64,000 nucleotides of DNA, taken from contig JAKAGM010000001.1 in assembly GCA_021815445.1 (NCBI GenBank), forward strand, positions 723,710 through 787,709, given 5' to 3'. A model generated the notes under the pieces. The model saw nothing but the letters and a program-made list of their open reading frames with translations, had not been told where the DNA came from and did no database searches. Origin of the DNA: a bacterium (lineage in GTDB: Bacteria; Patescibacteriota; Patescibacteriia; UBA10025). Made by a program: the position numbers and the translations under genes. Position 1 is the stretch's first letter. Every line of letters starts with the position of its first letter. This document shows positions 48,757-58,299 of this stretch, one piece after another.

Positions 48757-48811
48757 GACGTTGTTCAATGTCGTGCTCTCTATGTATTCAGTAACACTTT
48801 GACACTTCACA

Positions 48812-49639
48812 ATGCCTAAACGCGCACTAGTTGTCGGGCTGGGCGGGCTGTACGGCGCTTACGATGCAGGCGTTCTATCGGAATTGGGCCGCCATCTGCC
48901 GAGAAACTATTTTGATGCGGTATATGCATGTTCAGCGGGCGTGTTTGCCGCGACTTTTTTCGTTGCCGGCCAACCGGAAACGATAGAAAATACCTGGCGT
49001 AATTTAGTTTGCGGCCGGCAATTGGTGAATTATTTGAATCCACTGCGAGGTCGGGATATTTTGGATATACAATATTTAACTGAGATTTTCCAGGACCAAC
49101 GGTCGCGGCTGGACACTGAGCGGGCCTTTCATTCGCCAACAAAAATTACCTACGTGCTCACCGATGCGCGTAACGGACGGGCTGTTTACCGCCAACCATC
49201 CACTGACAATTGGTCGGAGCTGATGCGCGCAACGGCCGCATATCCTATTGTCACCAAGCCGGTGGAGATTGACGGCATAGTGTATCGCGACGGGGGTCTG
49301 GCAGACCCATTGCCGGTGCAAAAGGCTTTGACTGACGGGTATAAAGAAATAGTTGCCGTAGTGAACAAAGAGCGGGGCGCCCATGTCAGACGCGGCCATT
49401 TTTTCACCGAACTGTGGCGCTTTTTCCTGCCAAAGCCGATTAGGGAATCGTTGAAAAGCTACCGGGTACGGACAAAAGAAATAGAAGGACTGCTTCAATC
49501 CGAGCTGCGGATTCCAATTATCAGGCCGGCCAAACGTTTACCGTCGCGCCACATCCTTGATACAAACAAAAAAAGGTTGAATTTGGCCATTGATGCCGGC
49601 ATCAGTGATGCCAAAGAATTCATCGCAAATTTAAAGTGA
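48812..49639 (+). CDS. patatin-like phospholipase
   Basis: GLGGLYGAYDAGV oxyanion region, ACSAGV nucleophile elbow (GxSxG-like), DGG Asp motif (YRDGGLADP). Confidence 0.75.
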   Translation: MPKRALVVGLGGLYGAYDAGVLSELGRHLPRNYFDAVYACSAGVFAATFFVAGQPETIENTWRNLVCGRQLVNYLNPLRGRDILDIQYLTEIFQDQRSRLDTERAFHSPTKITYVLTDARNGRAVYRQPSTDNWSELMRATAAYPIVTKPVEIDGIVYRDGGLADPLPVQKALTDGYKEIVAVVNKERGAHVRRGHFFTELWRFFLPKPIRESLKSYRVRTKEIEGLLQSELRIPIIRPAKRLPSRHILDTNKKRLNLAIDAGISDAKEFIANLK

Positions 49640-49768
49640 AAATACTCTGTAAAATTATGGGGTATAATAACTCGTAGCGCAGGCGTCCCTGCTCGCCTCG
49701 CCCGCCTGGCCTCGGCGAGGCTGGCTGAGCTCCGGCGAAGCGGGCCTGCGCGACATTCAATATACCGA

Positions 49769-49790
49769 GCGCACCTTTTCCAAGGTGCGC
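49769..49790. repeat. palindromic hairpin GCGCACCT-tttcca-AGGTGCGC (copy 2)
   Basis: Same 8-bp stem as 48735-48756 with different loop. Confidence 0.6.
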
Positions 49791-49886
49791 GATGATTGCT
49801 TCATTGGACATTTGTGTTGACAACCCAACCTTCCCCAGAGTAAGGTGTATTCTTGATCTTTTCACTCGCAACCAAGAGAGGAATTC

Positions 49887-50579
49887 ATGCCCGAGAAACC
49901 GGAATTAGTATCGCTTGGTGACGTTTGGCCGAGGATGGGATTCTCCCAGCTGCCTGGGCCGCTGCTTGATGTTCTCAAAACCTTCCTTCGCAGATGCGGA
50001 CCTGATCATGATCCGCCGGGGCAGAAACCCGACGCGCAAAGTCTCTACTTCGATCAGGTTGATCGCTGGAACCGTGTCTTTGTCCCTGCGGTCACCGAAG
50101 ATGTGGCAAAAAGGATTCTCGCTAAGACGCCCGTCGTACCCGCATACCACAGATGTTCGATCGCTGGAATCAGCTTTAAGTTGGGAACCAACCAGCACGT
50201 CACCGTCGCCCCCACTGATATCATATGGCGATGGCCGTATTACCAGTTTGCCTATACAGTGGTGTGGGCGTTGATGTTCCATGAGCCCAATACCGTGCTC
50301 GCTCAACCGAGATACCTGTTTTCACAGCTCCTGCAGGTATGGGAGCGTATCTACGGCAACGTCCAGGAGCTCGATGACCAAGGTGAGAGAAAGCAACATG
50401 TCCAATGGCTCGCCCTCGCGGTTCTCGAACGGATGTGCGGCATTAAGCATGACATCCAGCAGGGAGCTCCGCATTACCTCACGAACATCAAGAATAGAAG
50501 TTGGGAGCGAGTAAAGCTCTTTCAGTTCGCCGTGGATTACCTCCTCGAGCGTAGCTGCGCACTCCTCCTGACTAAATAA
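49887..50579 (+). CDS. hypothetical protein (230 aa) in locally GC-rich (~57%) segment
   Basis: Long ORF with no recognisable motif; followed by terminator CAGCCC-n10-GGGCTG-TTTT (50589-50617). Confidence 0.4.
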   Translation: MPEKPELVSLGDVWPRMGFSQLPGPLLDVLKTFLRRCGPDHDPPGQKPDAQSLYFDQVDRWNRVFVPAVTEDVAKRILAKTPVVPAYHRCSIAGISFKLGTNQHVTVAPTDIIWRWPYYQFAYTVVWALMFHEPNTVLAQPRYLFSQLLQVWERIYGNVQELDDQGERKQHVQWLALAVLERMCGIKHDIQQGAPHYLTNIKNRSWERVKLFQFAVDYLLERSCALLLTK

Positions 50580-50688
50580 GTCGGTTTCCAGCCCGGAATC
50601 ACCTGGGCTGTTTTCTTATCCTAAGCGCACCTTCTTCCTTCGGGAAACCTCCCTTCGGGCCCGGGCCTCAGGGCCGAGGGCAGGACCG

Positions 50689-50717
50689 TTGGCTAAGGTG
50701 TGTGTTACTGGTATAGT
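50689..50717 (+). promoter_or_regulatory. promoter TTGGCT-N17-TGgTATAGT placing the TSS at the ATG of the next gene (leaderless)
   Basis: -35 50689-50694, extended -10 50709-50717; ATG 50724 lies 7 nt after the -10. Confidence 0.5.
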
Positions 50718-50723
50718 ATACGC

Positions 50724-51308
50724 ATGACATTAGCGGCAAACTTTGTCCTGCTCCCTCCGCCCGAGATATGGGAGAGCGCGACTCTACTCAATGAACAAAT
50801 TAATGAGGGGACACAAAAACCCGAGATAATTTTTAACGCTACTCACTTTCCCCATATCACTCTCGTACAAGCGTACATAGATACTCACGACCTCGAGACT
50901 ATCACGGAGAAAATGGAAAAGTTGGCCGGAGAGTCAGCCGCACTGGAACTCACCGCCTCAAAAATCACCAAAGACGAGTTGGGATTCGCCTCGTTGAACA
51001 TCGAGCTTACTGATCCGCTTTCTGATCTACATGGTAAAGTTTTGGAACTTCTGCAAGACAGCTTTAGGCCGTACAATAATGAAGGATTCTTCCTGGACTC
51101 CGGTGAAACCGTCCCAAAAGTAAACTATGAGTACACAGAGAAATTTCATGAGCTTGAGACGTATGTACCTCATATTACCCTCGGGAAACTTCATGAAAAA
51201 ATACCCGAGTGGGCGCCGAAAAAATTCACCGCTGCAACGTTAGCGTTTTGCCAGCTTGGTAACTGGGGTACGTGCAGGAAAATTCTAAAAGCTTGGCAAT
51301 TATCGTAA
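50724..51308 (+). CDS. 2H phosphoesterase superfamily protein (LigT / 2'-5' RNA ligase-like)
   Basis: Two H-x-T-x motifs (HFPHITLVQ and YVPHITLGK); start set at MTLAANF (50724) consistent with promoter; 50700 start rejected. Confidence 0.65.
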   Translation: MTLAANFVLLPPPEIWESATLLNEQINEGTQKPEIIFNATHFPHITLVQAYIDTHDLETITEKMEKLAGESAALELTASKITKDELGFASLNIELTDPLSDLHGKVLELLQDSFRPYNNEGFFLDSGETVPKVNYEYTEKFHELETYVPHITLGKLHEKIPEWAPKKFTAATLAFCQLGNWGTCRKILKAWQLS

Positions 51309-51349
51309 GTTCTTTCACCGGTTTTTTAAAACACTTACTATTTAAAACT

Positions 51350-51862
51350 ATGACCATCGGCATCATTTCCGACACCCACGACCACCTTGAGAACATAGAA
51401 AAAGTGCTCTCATGGTTCAAAGAACATAATATAGACACCATCCTGCATTGCGGCGACGTGTGCGCACCTTCAGTGTTGATAAAAGGGCTTGTCGAAAACT
51501 TTACAGGTACGATTCATCACGTTTTTGGTAATGTAGATGGTGATAGATTCCTTATGCTTAAACTGCTAGAAGAAAGTGGACGAAAAAATGTCTTTCTCCA
51601 TGGTGAGTTCGCAGATTTCGAAATTGGAAAAATAAAAGTCGCCATGACTCATTATCCACAAATAGCAGAAAACCTCGCCAAATCAAAAAAATACGATTTG
51701 GTTTGTTATGGACATAATCATAAGCAGGCTTTACAGAGCATAGGGAACACAACTTTAGTAAATCCTGGATCGCTTGGCGGACTTTTCGCTCCTGCGACTT
51801 TTGCGACCTACGACACGGCTGCAGAGAAGGTATCACTGTATCGGGTAAAAGATATCTCATGA
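51350..51862 (+). CDS. metallophosphoesterase, YfcE/MJ0936-like
   Basis: MTIGIISDTHDHL...LHCGDV...GHNH motifs; start at ATG 51350 (ORF-track 51272 start rejected). Confidence 0.75.
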   Translation: MTIGIISDTHDHLENIEKVLSWFKEHNIDTILHCGDVCAPSVLIKGLVENFTGTIHHVFGNVDGDRFLMLKLLEESGRKNVFLHGEFADFEIGKIKVAMTHYPQIAENLAKSKKYDLVCYGHNHKQALQSIGNTTLVNPGSLGGLFAPATFATYDTAAEKVSLYRVKDIS

Positions 51863-52629
51863 AAACAAAGGGCATAGCAATCCGAGCTGCAAAAAAAGCA
51901 GGAGCGTATCTGGCCCGCGAGTTTCATACGCTCCACCACCGTGATATCCGACTTAAGGGCACGCACGACATCGTGACGCGTGCCGACATCCACGCTAACC
52001 GGATCATCATCGGAGAGCTGAAGAAACATTTTCCGAACGATGATTTTCTGAGCGAAGAGACCGGTCTCGAGGACAATCCTGAGACGTACCGGTGGATTAT
52101 CGACCCGCTCGATGGTACGACGAATTATATGGTGGGCAACCCGCTCTTTTGCACATCACTGGCGCTTGTACACCAGCGGGAGATCGTGCTGGCCGTTATG
52201 TACGCTCCCATGCTCAAGGAATTATACATAGCTGAAAAAGGTAAAGGCGCGACGTTGAATGGAAAAAAGGTACGCGTCTCCCAGGAAGCCCGCCTGCGCC
52301 AGAGCATCATTACCGTCGGCTATTCGCATGACCATACTTCCCGGCAAAAGGCCCATCTGCGGGAGCATAGGCTCTGGGCGCACGTTTTAAACACGCGCCT
52401 TTTCGCGAGCAATTGCCTTGACCTTGCGTTCGTCGCTGCGGGCCGGGTCGAAGGGTGCTTCCTCGCCCCTCAGATCATGCCCTGGGACACCGCGGCAGGT
52501 GTCCTCTTAATCCGTGAGGCGGGCGGCAAGGTTACCGATGAAGACAATAAGCCGTGGAATATCCGGAGCAAAAGTTTGGTCGCAAGCAACGCGAAAATAC
52601 ACGGTAAACTTATCAAGATTGCCGAGTAA
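51859..52629 (+). CDS. inositol monophosphatase family protein (SuhB/CysQ-like)
   Basis: WIIDPLDGTTNY and WDTAAG motifs. Confidence 0.8.
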   Translation: MKTKGIAIRAAKKAGAYLAREFHTLHHRDIRLKGTHDIVTRADIHANRIIIGELKKHFPNDDFLSEETGLEDNPETYRWIIDPLDGTTNYMVGNPLFCTSLALVHQREIVLAVMYAPMLKELYIAEKGKGATLNGKKVRVSQEARLRQSIITVGYSHDHTSRQKAHLREHRLWAHVLNTRLFASNCLDLAFVAAGRVEGCFLAPQIMPWDTAAGVLLIREAGGKVTDEDNKPWNIRSKSLVASNAKIHGKLIKIAE

Positions 52630-53019
52630 ATGACTGAGCATACCACTATCACAGGTGAGGTCATCCGCGGGGACGGTATCGGCGGTAAGCTCGGCTATCC
52701 GACGGCCAATATCGATTGCGCGCCTCCGGCCCTTGAGGATGGCGTATATGCGGCATTCATTTGGCGCGGGACAACCCGCTACAACGGTATGATGATTCTC
52801 GGGGACCATTATCGTGATACACGCGCGCAAAAGAAGGTCGAGCTCTATCTCCTCGACTTTAGCGGCGATCTCTACGGCGAAAATTTGCGCGCGGAGATTG
52901 TTGAGATAATCCGCCCCTTCAAACAATTTACCGGTACAGACGCGCTCATTGCCCAGATAGAACGTGACTGCCGGCAGGCAAGAAATATTTTTAAGCAAAT
53001 AGACAATGCAAACGCTTGA
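52630..53019 (+). CDS. riboflavin kinase domain protein (flavokinase, RibF C-terminal-type)
   Basis: GKLGYPTANI flavokinase motif; 129 aa stand-alone. Confidence 0.7.
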   Translation: MTEHTTITGEVIRGDGIGGKLGYPTANIDCAPPALEDGVYAAFIWRGTTRYNGMMILGDHYRDTRAQKKVELYLLDFSGDLYGENLRAEIVEIIRPFKQFTGTDALIAQIERDCRQARNIFKQIDNANA

Positions 53020-53581
53020 TGAATTGGCCGAACATATTCGACGCTGCACATTGTGCCCGCTGCACAACGGCAGGACGCACGCGGTTCCCGGCGAGGGAAA
53101 TCCGAAAAGTGAGCTGATGTTCATCGGCGAGGGGCCGGGAAAGAAAGAAGATGAACTTGGCAGGCCGTTCGTCGGCGCTGCGGGGAAATTTCTCGAACAG
53201 CTCCTCGCGGCCATTAACCTCAAACGCGAGGATGTCTTTATCACCAACGTGGTCAAATGCAGGCCGCCGGAAAATCGCGACCCCGAGCCGCAGGAAGTGG
53301 AAACGTGCACTACCCACTATCTTTTTGCCCAAATAGACGCCATCAACCCCCGGCTGATTATTACGCTCGGCCGGCATTCCATGTACAGGTTTCTCCCCGA
53401 TACATTCAAAATATCCGAGGTACACGGCAAACCGTTTCGCCGGCACGGAAAAGTATATCTCCCCCTTTACCATCCTGCTGTGGCGCTCTATACAGGATCT
53501 ATGCGAAGCGTCCTGATCGCTGACATGAAGAAAATCCCCGCAATCCTAAAAAAAATTGACAGTCTGCCACAGGCTTCTTGA
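53006..53581 (+). CDS. uracil-DNA glycosylase, family 4
   Basis: CTLCPL Cys cluster, GEGPG motif A, HP...Y C-terminal motif B. Confidence 0.85.
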   Translation: MQTLDELAEHIRRCTLCPLHNGRTHAVPGEGNPKSELMFIGEGPGKKEDELGRPFVGAAGKFLEQLLAAINLKREDVFITNVVKCRPPENRDPEPQEVETCTTHYLFAQIDAINPRLIITLGRHSMYRFLPDTFKISEVHGKPFRRHGKVYLPLYHPAVALYTGSMRSVLIADMKKIPAILKKIDSLPQAS

Positions 53582-53628
53582 TACTCGCATTCATTTCTGT
53601 TATCCTCTGTAAACGCAACGTGTTCTAT

Positions 53629-53700
<72 letters not shown>

Positions 53701-53755
53701 TTGTTCAAACCCTATCCGCGTAGGCCGGATTCTGAATCCGGCGAACCCTGAATCA

Positions 53756-53805
53756 GCGGGATTCCCTTCGGGTCTGAGACCTCAGGGTCGAAGACCGAAT
53801 CCCGC
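53756..53805 (+). repeat. GC-rich hairpin GCGGGATTC-[cCTTCGGGTCTGAG-acc-TCAGGGTCGAAG]-GAATCCCGC, same family as the pnp terminator
   Basis: Same nested-stem architecture and inner CTTCGRGYCTGAG...CAGRGYCGAAG motif as 36286-36341; related inner motif at 50651-50684. Confidence 0.55.
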
Positions 53806-53818
53806 CTCATCAGCATAA

Positions 53819-54202
53819 ATGAAACGCATTTACTATCACAAACTCATCCGCGATAAAATCCCCGACCGGATACGGGCAGCCGGCGCTGATGCGAAATATC
53901 GTAGGATGGATCAAAGAGCGTTCATTCGAGAACTTGTTAGAAAAGTTGAGGAAGAAGCCAGCGGTATGCAACAGGCAAAAAATCGGAGTGAATTGATTGA
54001 TGAAATTGCCGACGTTGTCGACGTACTTGATGAAGTGAGACGGGTAAAAAAGATTTCTCAAAAGGAAATCGAGATTGCGCAAAAACGTAACTTTAAGCGG
54101 AAAGGCGGTTTCAGGAAAAAGCTTTTCCTAGTCTGGTCCTCTGACGATGGCTACAAAACGAACGAAAAGAGAAGGGATAGAAGAGGCAAGTTGAAAAGAT
54201 AA
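53819..54202 (+). CDS. MazG-like nucleotide pyrophosphohydrolase (all-alpha NTP-PPase)
   Basis: YHKLIRDKIPDRI...ELIDEIADVVDVLDEV pattern typical of small MazG/HisE-like proteins. Confidence 0.55.
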   Translation: MKRIYYHKLIRDKIPDRIRAAGADAKYRRMDQRAFIRELVRKVEEEASGMQQAKNRSELIDEIADVVDVLDEVRRVKKISQKEIEIAQKRNFKRKGGFRKKLFLVWSSDDGYKTNEKRRDRRGKLKR

Positions 54203-54273
54203 CGGGGCATGGCGCAGTTTCCGCCAGAGGCGGATCAGCCTCCGGCTGAGGCTAGCGCGTCCCGCACCATTTT

Positions 54274-54345
54274 CGGGGAGTAGCGCAGTGGTAGCGCACT
54301 CGCTTTGGGAGCGAGGGGTCGCAGGTTCAAATCCTGTCTCCCCGA
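54274..54345 (+). tRNA. tRNA-Pro (anticodon TGG) embedded in a 13-bp flanking inverted repeat
   Basis: CGGGGAG-TA-GCGC-AGTGGTA-GCGC-A-CTCGC-TTTGGGA-GCGAG-GGGTC-GCAGG-TTCAAAT-CCTGT-CTCCCCG-A; flanks CCCGCACCATTTT / AAAATGGTGCGGG extend the acceptor helix to ~20 bp. Confidence 0.85.
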
Positions 54346-54466
54346 AAATGGTGCGGGAAGGTCGCCGGTTCGAGTCCCCGCCTCGACTCGCCTAGCAAAC
54401 ACCCTTCTTGAACTAAAACCAGGTCTCGGCGAGGCGGGCGGCCATCCCGACAAATAAATTGAAGCT

Positions 54467-55342
54467 ATGGCAAAAACTCCCAGCAGACAAGAAATCACAA
54501 GTATAATTCCTTTTTATGCTGATCCGGAAATTTCAGTTAAGCAATTTGCCTCCTTATCGACCTCGGCCCTGCATACTATCGCTCATATTGGCCTGCATCA
54601 TCAGGTTGTTTTAGTGGATGACGGGCTGACTTTACGCGGTAACGTTGATATCGAACATGTCGTCACCACTTTAACTGTCAAATCACGCTTGGGCAAGGCA
54701 GGTGCGGTACGGCAAGGTTTAGCTTTGGCGCTGCGCCAGAACCCCAAAGCTCAGTTTTTCATTCAATCAGATTTTGATGGTGATCCAGATCCACGACAGG
54801 TGACCTCTATGATTAAACATATGATTAAAGCTGGCTTTAACGGCGATAAACCAGCGATGATTTTGGGTGAAAGAGATATGGCCATGGCTAAGGCAGGTCA
54901 TTTTTCAACGCACCGTCAGGCAATCTTTGAATTACAGAAAAAATTCTGTCAACTTCTAGATTATAAACAGATCGTTGATCCGACGACCGGGTTGCGAATT
55001 TATACGCGCGCTTTAGCCAAATTATTTGTAAAAATTGGCAAAAGCCAGGGCTTTGGCAGCGATGTAGAACAGATGATTATCGCCAGACTTGCCAACGCTT
55101 CTATTCTACCGTTCAAACTACGTCGAGCTCGTAAAAGACAAGATTACACCAAAATCATAAAATTTAAAGATTGCCAAGATGCCCTACTAATCCATAAAAA
55201 TAAATTACGTGCCGCCGGATATGGAAAAGTATTAAAATATTTCGGCAATTTAGATTTTTCCAAAGATATCGCCCCAATTACCGGGAGCTCAAAATTTACT
55301 TTAGATTCCAAAGCCCAGGCGTTGCGCGGCAACCCATGGTGA
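54467..55342 (+). CDS. family-2 glycosyltransferase-like protein (low confidence) in AT-rich segment
   Basis: VVLVDDG and SRLGKAGAVRQG (cf. GT2 DDGS / NxGKG motifs); local GC visibly lower than flanks. Confidence 0.45.
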   Translation: MAKTPSRQEITSIIPFYADPEISVKQFASLSTSALHTIAHIGLHHQVVLVDDGLTLRGNVDIEHVVTTLTVKSRLGKAGAVRQGLALALRQNPKAQFFIQSDFDGDPDPRQVTSMIKHMIKAGFNGDKPAMILGERDMAMAKAGHFSTHRQAIFELQKKFCQLLDYKQIVDPTTGLRIYTRALAKLFVKIGKSQGFGSDVEQMIIARLANASILPFKLRRARKRQDYTKIIKFKDCQDALLIHKNKLRAAGYGKVLKYFGNLDFSKDIAPITGSSKFTLDSKAQALRGNPW

Positions 55343-55490
55343 GCTTCCTAAATAAATTTCGAGGGCCACGCACCCCAAAATAATAATTAATATCATTATC
55401 AAAGACTGTACTTGCCCGGTAAGACCACCGGGTTGACTTTTTCATTTAAGGCGATATGGTACAGATATACATTAAATAACCAATACGTAT

Positions 55491-55730
55491 ATGACAAGCA
55501 ATCAGGAGGAATTTAAAATTTCAGGTGATGATCTCGTACGAAAGGTTAAGGAGATCATCAAGGAGGGAAACGCGAGAATGATCATAATTAAGAACGAGGA
55601 GGGTAAAGAAATAGTTCAATTTCCCGTGACCATCGGCGTAGTCGGCACGATCTTGGCGGCTCCCCTCGCAGCGCTCGGTGCCATAGCAGCCCTTGTCTCG
55701 AACTGCACGATTGTTGTCGTTAAAAGGTAA
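55491..55730 (+). CDS. DUF4342-like small protein
   Basis: 79 aa; LVRKVKEIIKEGNARMIIIKNEEGKEIVQFPVTIGVVG...PLAALGAIAAL pattern typical of DUF4342. Confidence 0.5.
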   Translation: MTSNQEEFKISGDDLVRKVKEIIKEGNARMIIIKNEEGKEIVQFPVTIGVVGTILAAPLAALGAIAALVSNCTIVVVKR

Positions 55731-55911
55731 CCTGCAGCATCGATAAGACAAGAAGCGCTGAATACAGGGTAAAGAGAGCTCTCGGTCGATTTTCTTCGCT
55801 CCAGTCATATAACCCGCATAACCGACGTTGCAGAAATGCTACGCGGTTTTCGTTTGTGTTTTTTTGCTAGACAAGAGATAATAAAAGCAACATAACACTA
55901 ACCATATCATT

Positions 55912-58293
55912 ATGCAAAACCAACCAACGCAGCCGCAACGCATGAGTGTCCGCAACCCGTTTGCGATTGCAATGCTTGTTATTGTAATTATTATTATTGC
56001 CGGCGTCGGCGTTTACTACTTTTTACCCCAGCTGACAAAAAAGAACAGTCAATCAACGCAGAATACGAACACTGCCGGGACAAATACTAATCAGGCATCC
56101 CAGCAAAACGTTGATTTCTCCGCACTCGTACAGCAAGCGCTGAAAGATATCGGCAAGCCGCCGGCGGCCTCAGCGTCAGCATTTGCCGCGTATACGCCTG
56201 TTCCAGTTAATATAACGCCAAAAGTCGCGGCATATACCGTCGCCGCAGATCTGAGCAATGTAACGAATAAAAGCGACTTTGTAAGTACAAACGCTGATAC
56301 CAATGTAGAGGCATTCAAAGGGTCGAAGGCAATGCAGGATCTGTTGGTAAAGAACGCATTTGTGGTAACACCGAACTTCCAAGCTGAATTTTATCCGCTC
56401 TATGAAAGCAACCGCTACGGGTACACGCCGAGTTTCGTGACCACCGATTCAATGCTGCATAACTACCATCTTTTTTTCGATTACCTCCTGAAAACAGTTG
56501 AGACAGACCATTTGAACGCCGACCTTACGACGCTGACAAACTCTATGCTGAGCGCCTCACAGGATCAATACACATCGCTCAAGGGCACAGCATGGGAAAA
56601 CGCGGCGAAGCGCAACGTAGGATTCTTTGCCGTCGCGACGAAACTTTTGGACTCCAAAGCGACAGTGCCGGCGCTGGTCAAGGACGAAGTCAACCAGGAA
56701 CTTGCCTACATTGACAAGCACGACGGCATTCACAACTCTCCTGTCATGAACATCGGGGAAGACACGAGCACTACCCTGCCCACGAACCAAGGCGACCTCT
56801 CTGTCGGAGCATTGCTCGAGGACTATTCCCAGTATGTGCCAAGAGGCCACTACGACAAGACCGACCTGCTTAAGGCGTACTTTAAGACGATGATGTGGTA
56901 TGGCCGGCTAACCTTTCGCCTCAAAAGCGACGACGAAGTGCGCTCGGCAATGCTCGTGACTGTCCTCCTGAACGATAAAGATAATCAAAAATCATGGGAA
57001 GCCATTTACGAACCGACGAACTTTTTCGTTGGAAAAAGCGACGACATCACCTACTACCAATTTAGGGACGTAATCAAAGACGTGTACGGGGTAAATGCGA
57101 CTGCAACAACGCTGACAAAAGACGCAAGCAAGTTCAGCTCATTTACCGCAAAGGCACAGGCGCTTGAACCTCCGCAAATTAATTCTATCCCCGTTTTTAA
57201 CCCGGCAATTCAGCCTGACAGGGAAAAGGAAATAAAAGGGTTTCGATTCATGGGACAGCGCTTCACTATAGACGCTTCCGTATTCCAGCGGCTCATCTGC
57301 CGTGAGGTAGGAAACAAGCACGGCACAATGGATTGCCCGACGGAGGACTCGCGGATGCTGCCGAAGGGGCTCGATATCACCGCGGCCATGGGCTCGAATG
57401 AAGCGGTAAAAATACTCACATCGGAAGGCGACATGGCATATAAAAATTACCCAGAAAACCTCGCCAAAATGCAGGCATATCTTTCTTCGCTTGGAACGAA
57501 CGTGTGGACCCAAAATATCTACTGGGGCTGGGTGTACTCGCTTAAACCCCTTACCGGGACGGTCGCAAACGGATATCCGAGTTTCATGACCAATGAGGCG
57601 TGGGCGCGCAAAGATTTGAACACCTACCTCGGGAGCTGGACCGAGCTTAAACATGACACTATCCTCTACGCGAAGCAGGTGTACGCCGAGCTTGGAGGCG
57701 GGCCGCCGGATGTAAAAGACGACCGTGGATACGTGGAGCCGCGCCCTGAAGTATTTGCCTCGCTTGCCGCGCTTTCAAAAATGACGCGCGAGGGGCTTGA
57801 ACTGCGCGGACTCGTCAGCGGGACAGTGGACGATGATCTGAAAAAGATGGAAGAGCTTGCGACGTCGTTAAAGACCATCAGCGAAAAGGAGCTGGCAAAT
57901 CAACAGCTGACCAATGATGAATACGACATTATCCGAACCTACGGCGGCCAGCTGGAACACTTCTGGCTCGACGTGAATAAGGAAGAAATGGCCGCCACGG
58001 GAGTAGATCAGCGCAATTATCTTGACCAGAATCCCGCGGCTCTCGTCGCCGACGTGGCGACGGATCCGAACGGGCAAGTGCTCGAGGAAGGGACGGGACA
58101 CATCGACGATATCTATGTCGTAGTGCCTGTTGACGGCAAACTGCGCATAGCAAAAGGGGGCGTATATTCATACTACGAATTCCCCCAACCGCTCGCTGAC
58201 CGGCTGACCGATGCAAAATGGCGCGAGATGGTAAACGATTATAACAATCCCCCTAAGCGTCCCGAGTGGACAAGTTCGTTTATCACCCAATAA
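55912..58293 (+). CDS. large N-terminally membrane-anchored extracytoplasmic protein, hypothetical (793 aa)
   Basis: Single N-terminal TM (FAIAMLVIVIIIIAGVGVYYFL) then Q/N/T-rich linker and large soluble domain; no motif recognised. Confidence 0.5.
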   Translation: MQNQPTQPQRMSVRNPFAIAMLVIVIIIIAGVGVYYFLPQLTKKNSQSTQNTNTAGTNTNQASQQNVDFSALVQQALKDIGKPPAASASAFAAYTPVPVNITPKVAAYTVAADLSNVTNKSDFVSTNADTNVEAFKGSKAMQDLLVKNAFVVTPNFQAEFYPLYESNRYGYTPSFVTTDSMLHNYHLFFDYLLKTVETDHLNADLTTLTNSMLSASQDQYTSLKGTAWENAAKRNVGFFAVATKLLDSKATVPALVKDEVNQELAYIDKHDGIHNSPVMNIGEDTSTTLPTNQGDLSVGALLEDYSQYVPRGHYDKTDLLKAYFKTMMWYGRLTFRLKSDDEVRSAMLVTVLLNDKDNQKSWEAIYEPTNFFVGKSDDITYYQFRDVIKDVYGVNATATTLTKDASKFSSFTAKAQALEPPQINSIPVFNPAIQPDREKEIKGFRFMGQRFTIDASVFQRLICREVGNKHGTMDCPTEDSRMLPKGLDITAAMGSNEAVKILTSEGDMAYKNYPENLAKMQAYLSSLGTNVWTQNIYWGWVYSLKPLTGTVANGYPSFMTNEAWARKDLNTYLGSWTELKHDTILYAKQVYAELGGGPPDVKDDRGYVEPRPEVFASLAALSKMTREGLELRGLVSGTVDDDLKKMEELATSLKTISEKELANQQLTNDEYDIIRTYGGQLEHFWLDVNKEEMAATGVDQRNYLDQNPAALVADVATDPNGQVLEEGTGHIDDIYVVVPVDGKLRIAKGGVYSYYEFPQPLADRLTDAKWREMVNDYNNPPKRPEWTSSFITQ

Positions 58294-58299
58294 GACAAG

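Noticed and set aside
54346-54466. Possible tmRNA or second complete tRNA after tRNA-Pro (GGTTCGAGTCC T-loop-like motif)
   Set aside because: No complementary T-stem or acceptor strand can be drawn, and no tag-peptide reading frame or tmRNA 5' GGGG...3' CCACCA pairing is present. It is interpreted instead as a degenerate copy of the tRNA-Pro 3' half.
54235-54498. ORF-track minus-strand ORF (87 aa) across tRNA-Pro
   Set aside because: It overlaps a confidently folded tRNA and its flanking helix; the Gly/Pro/Ala-rich translation is typical of antisense GC-rich structure.
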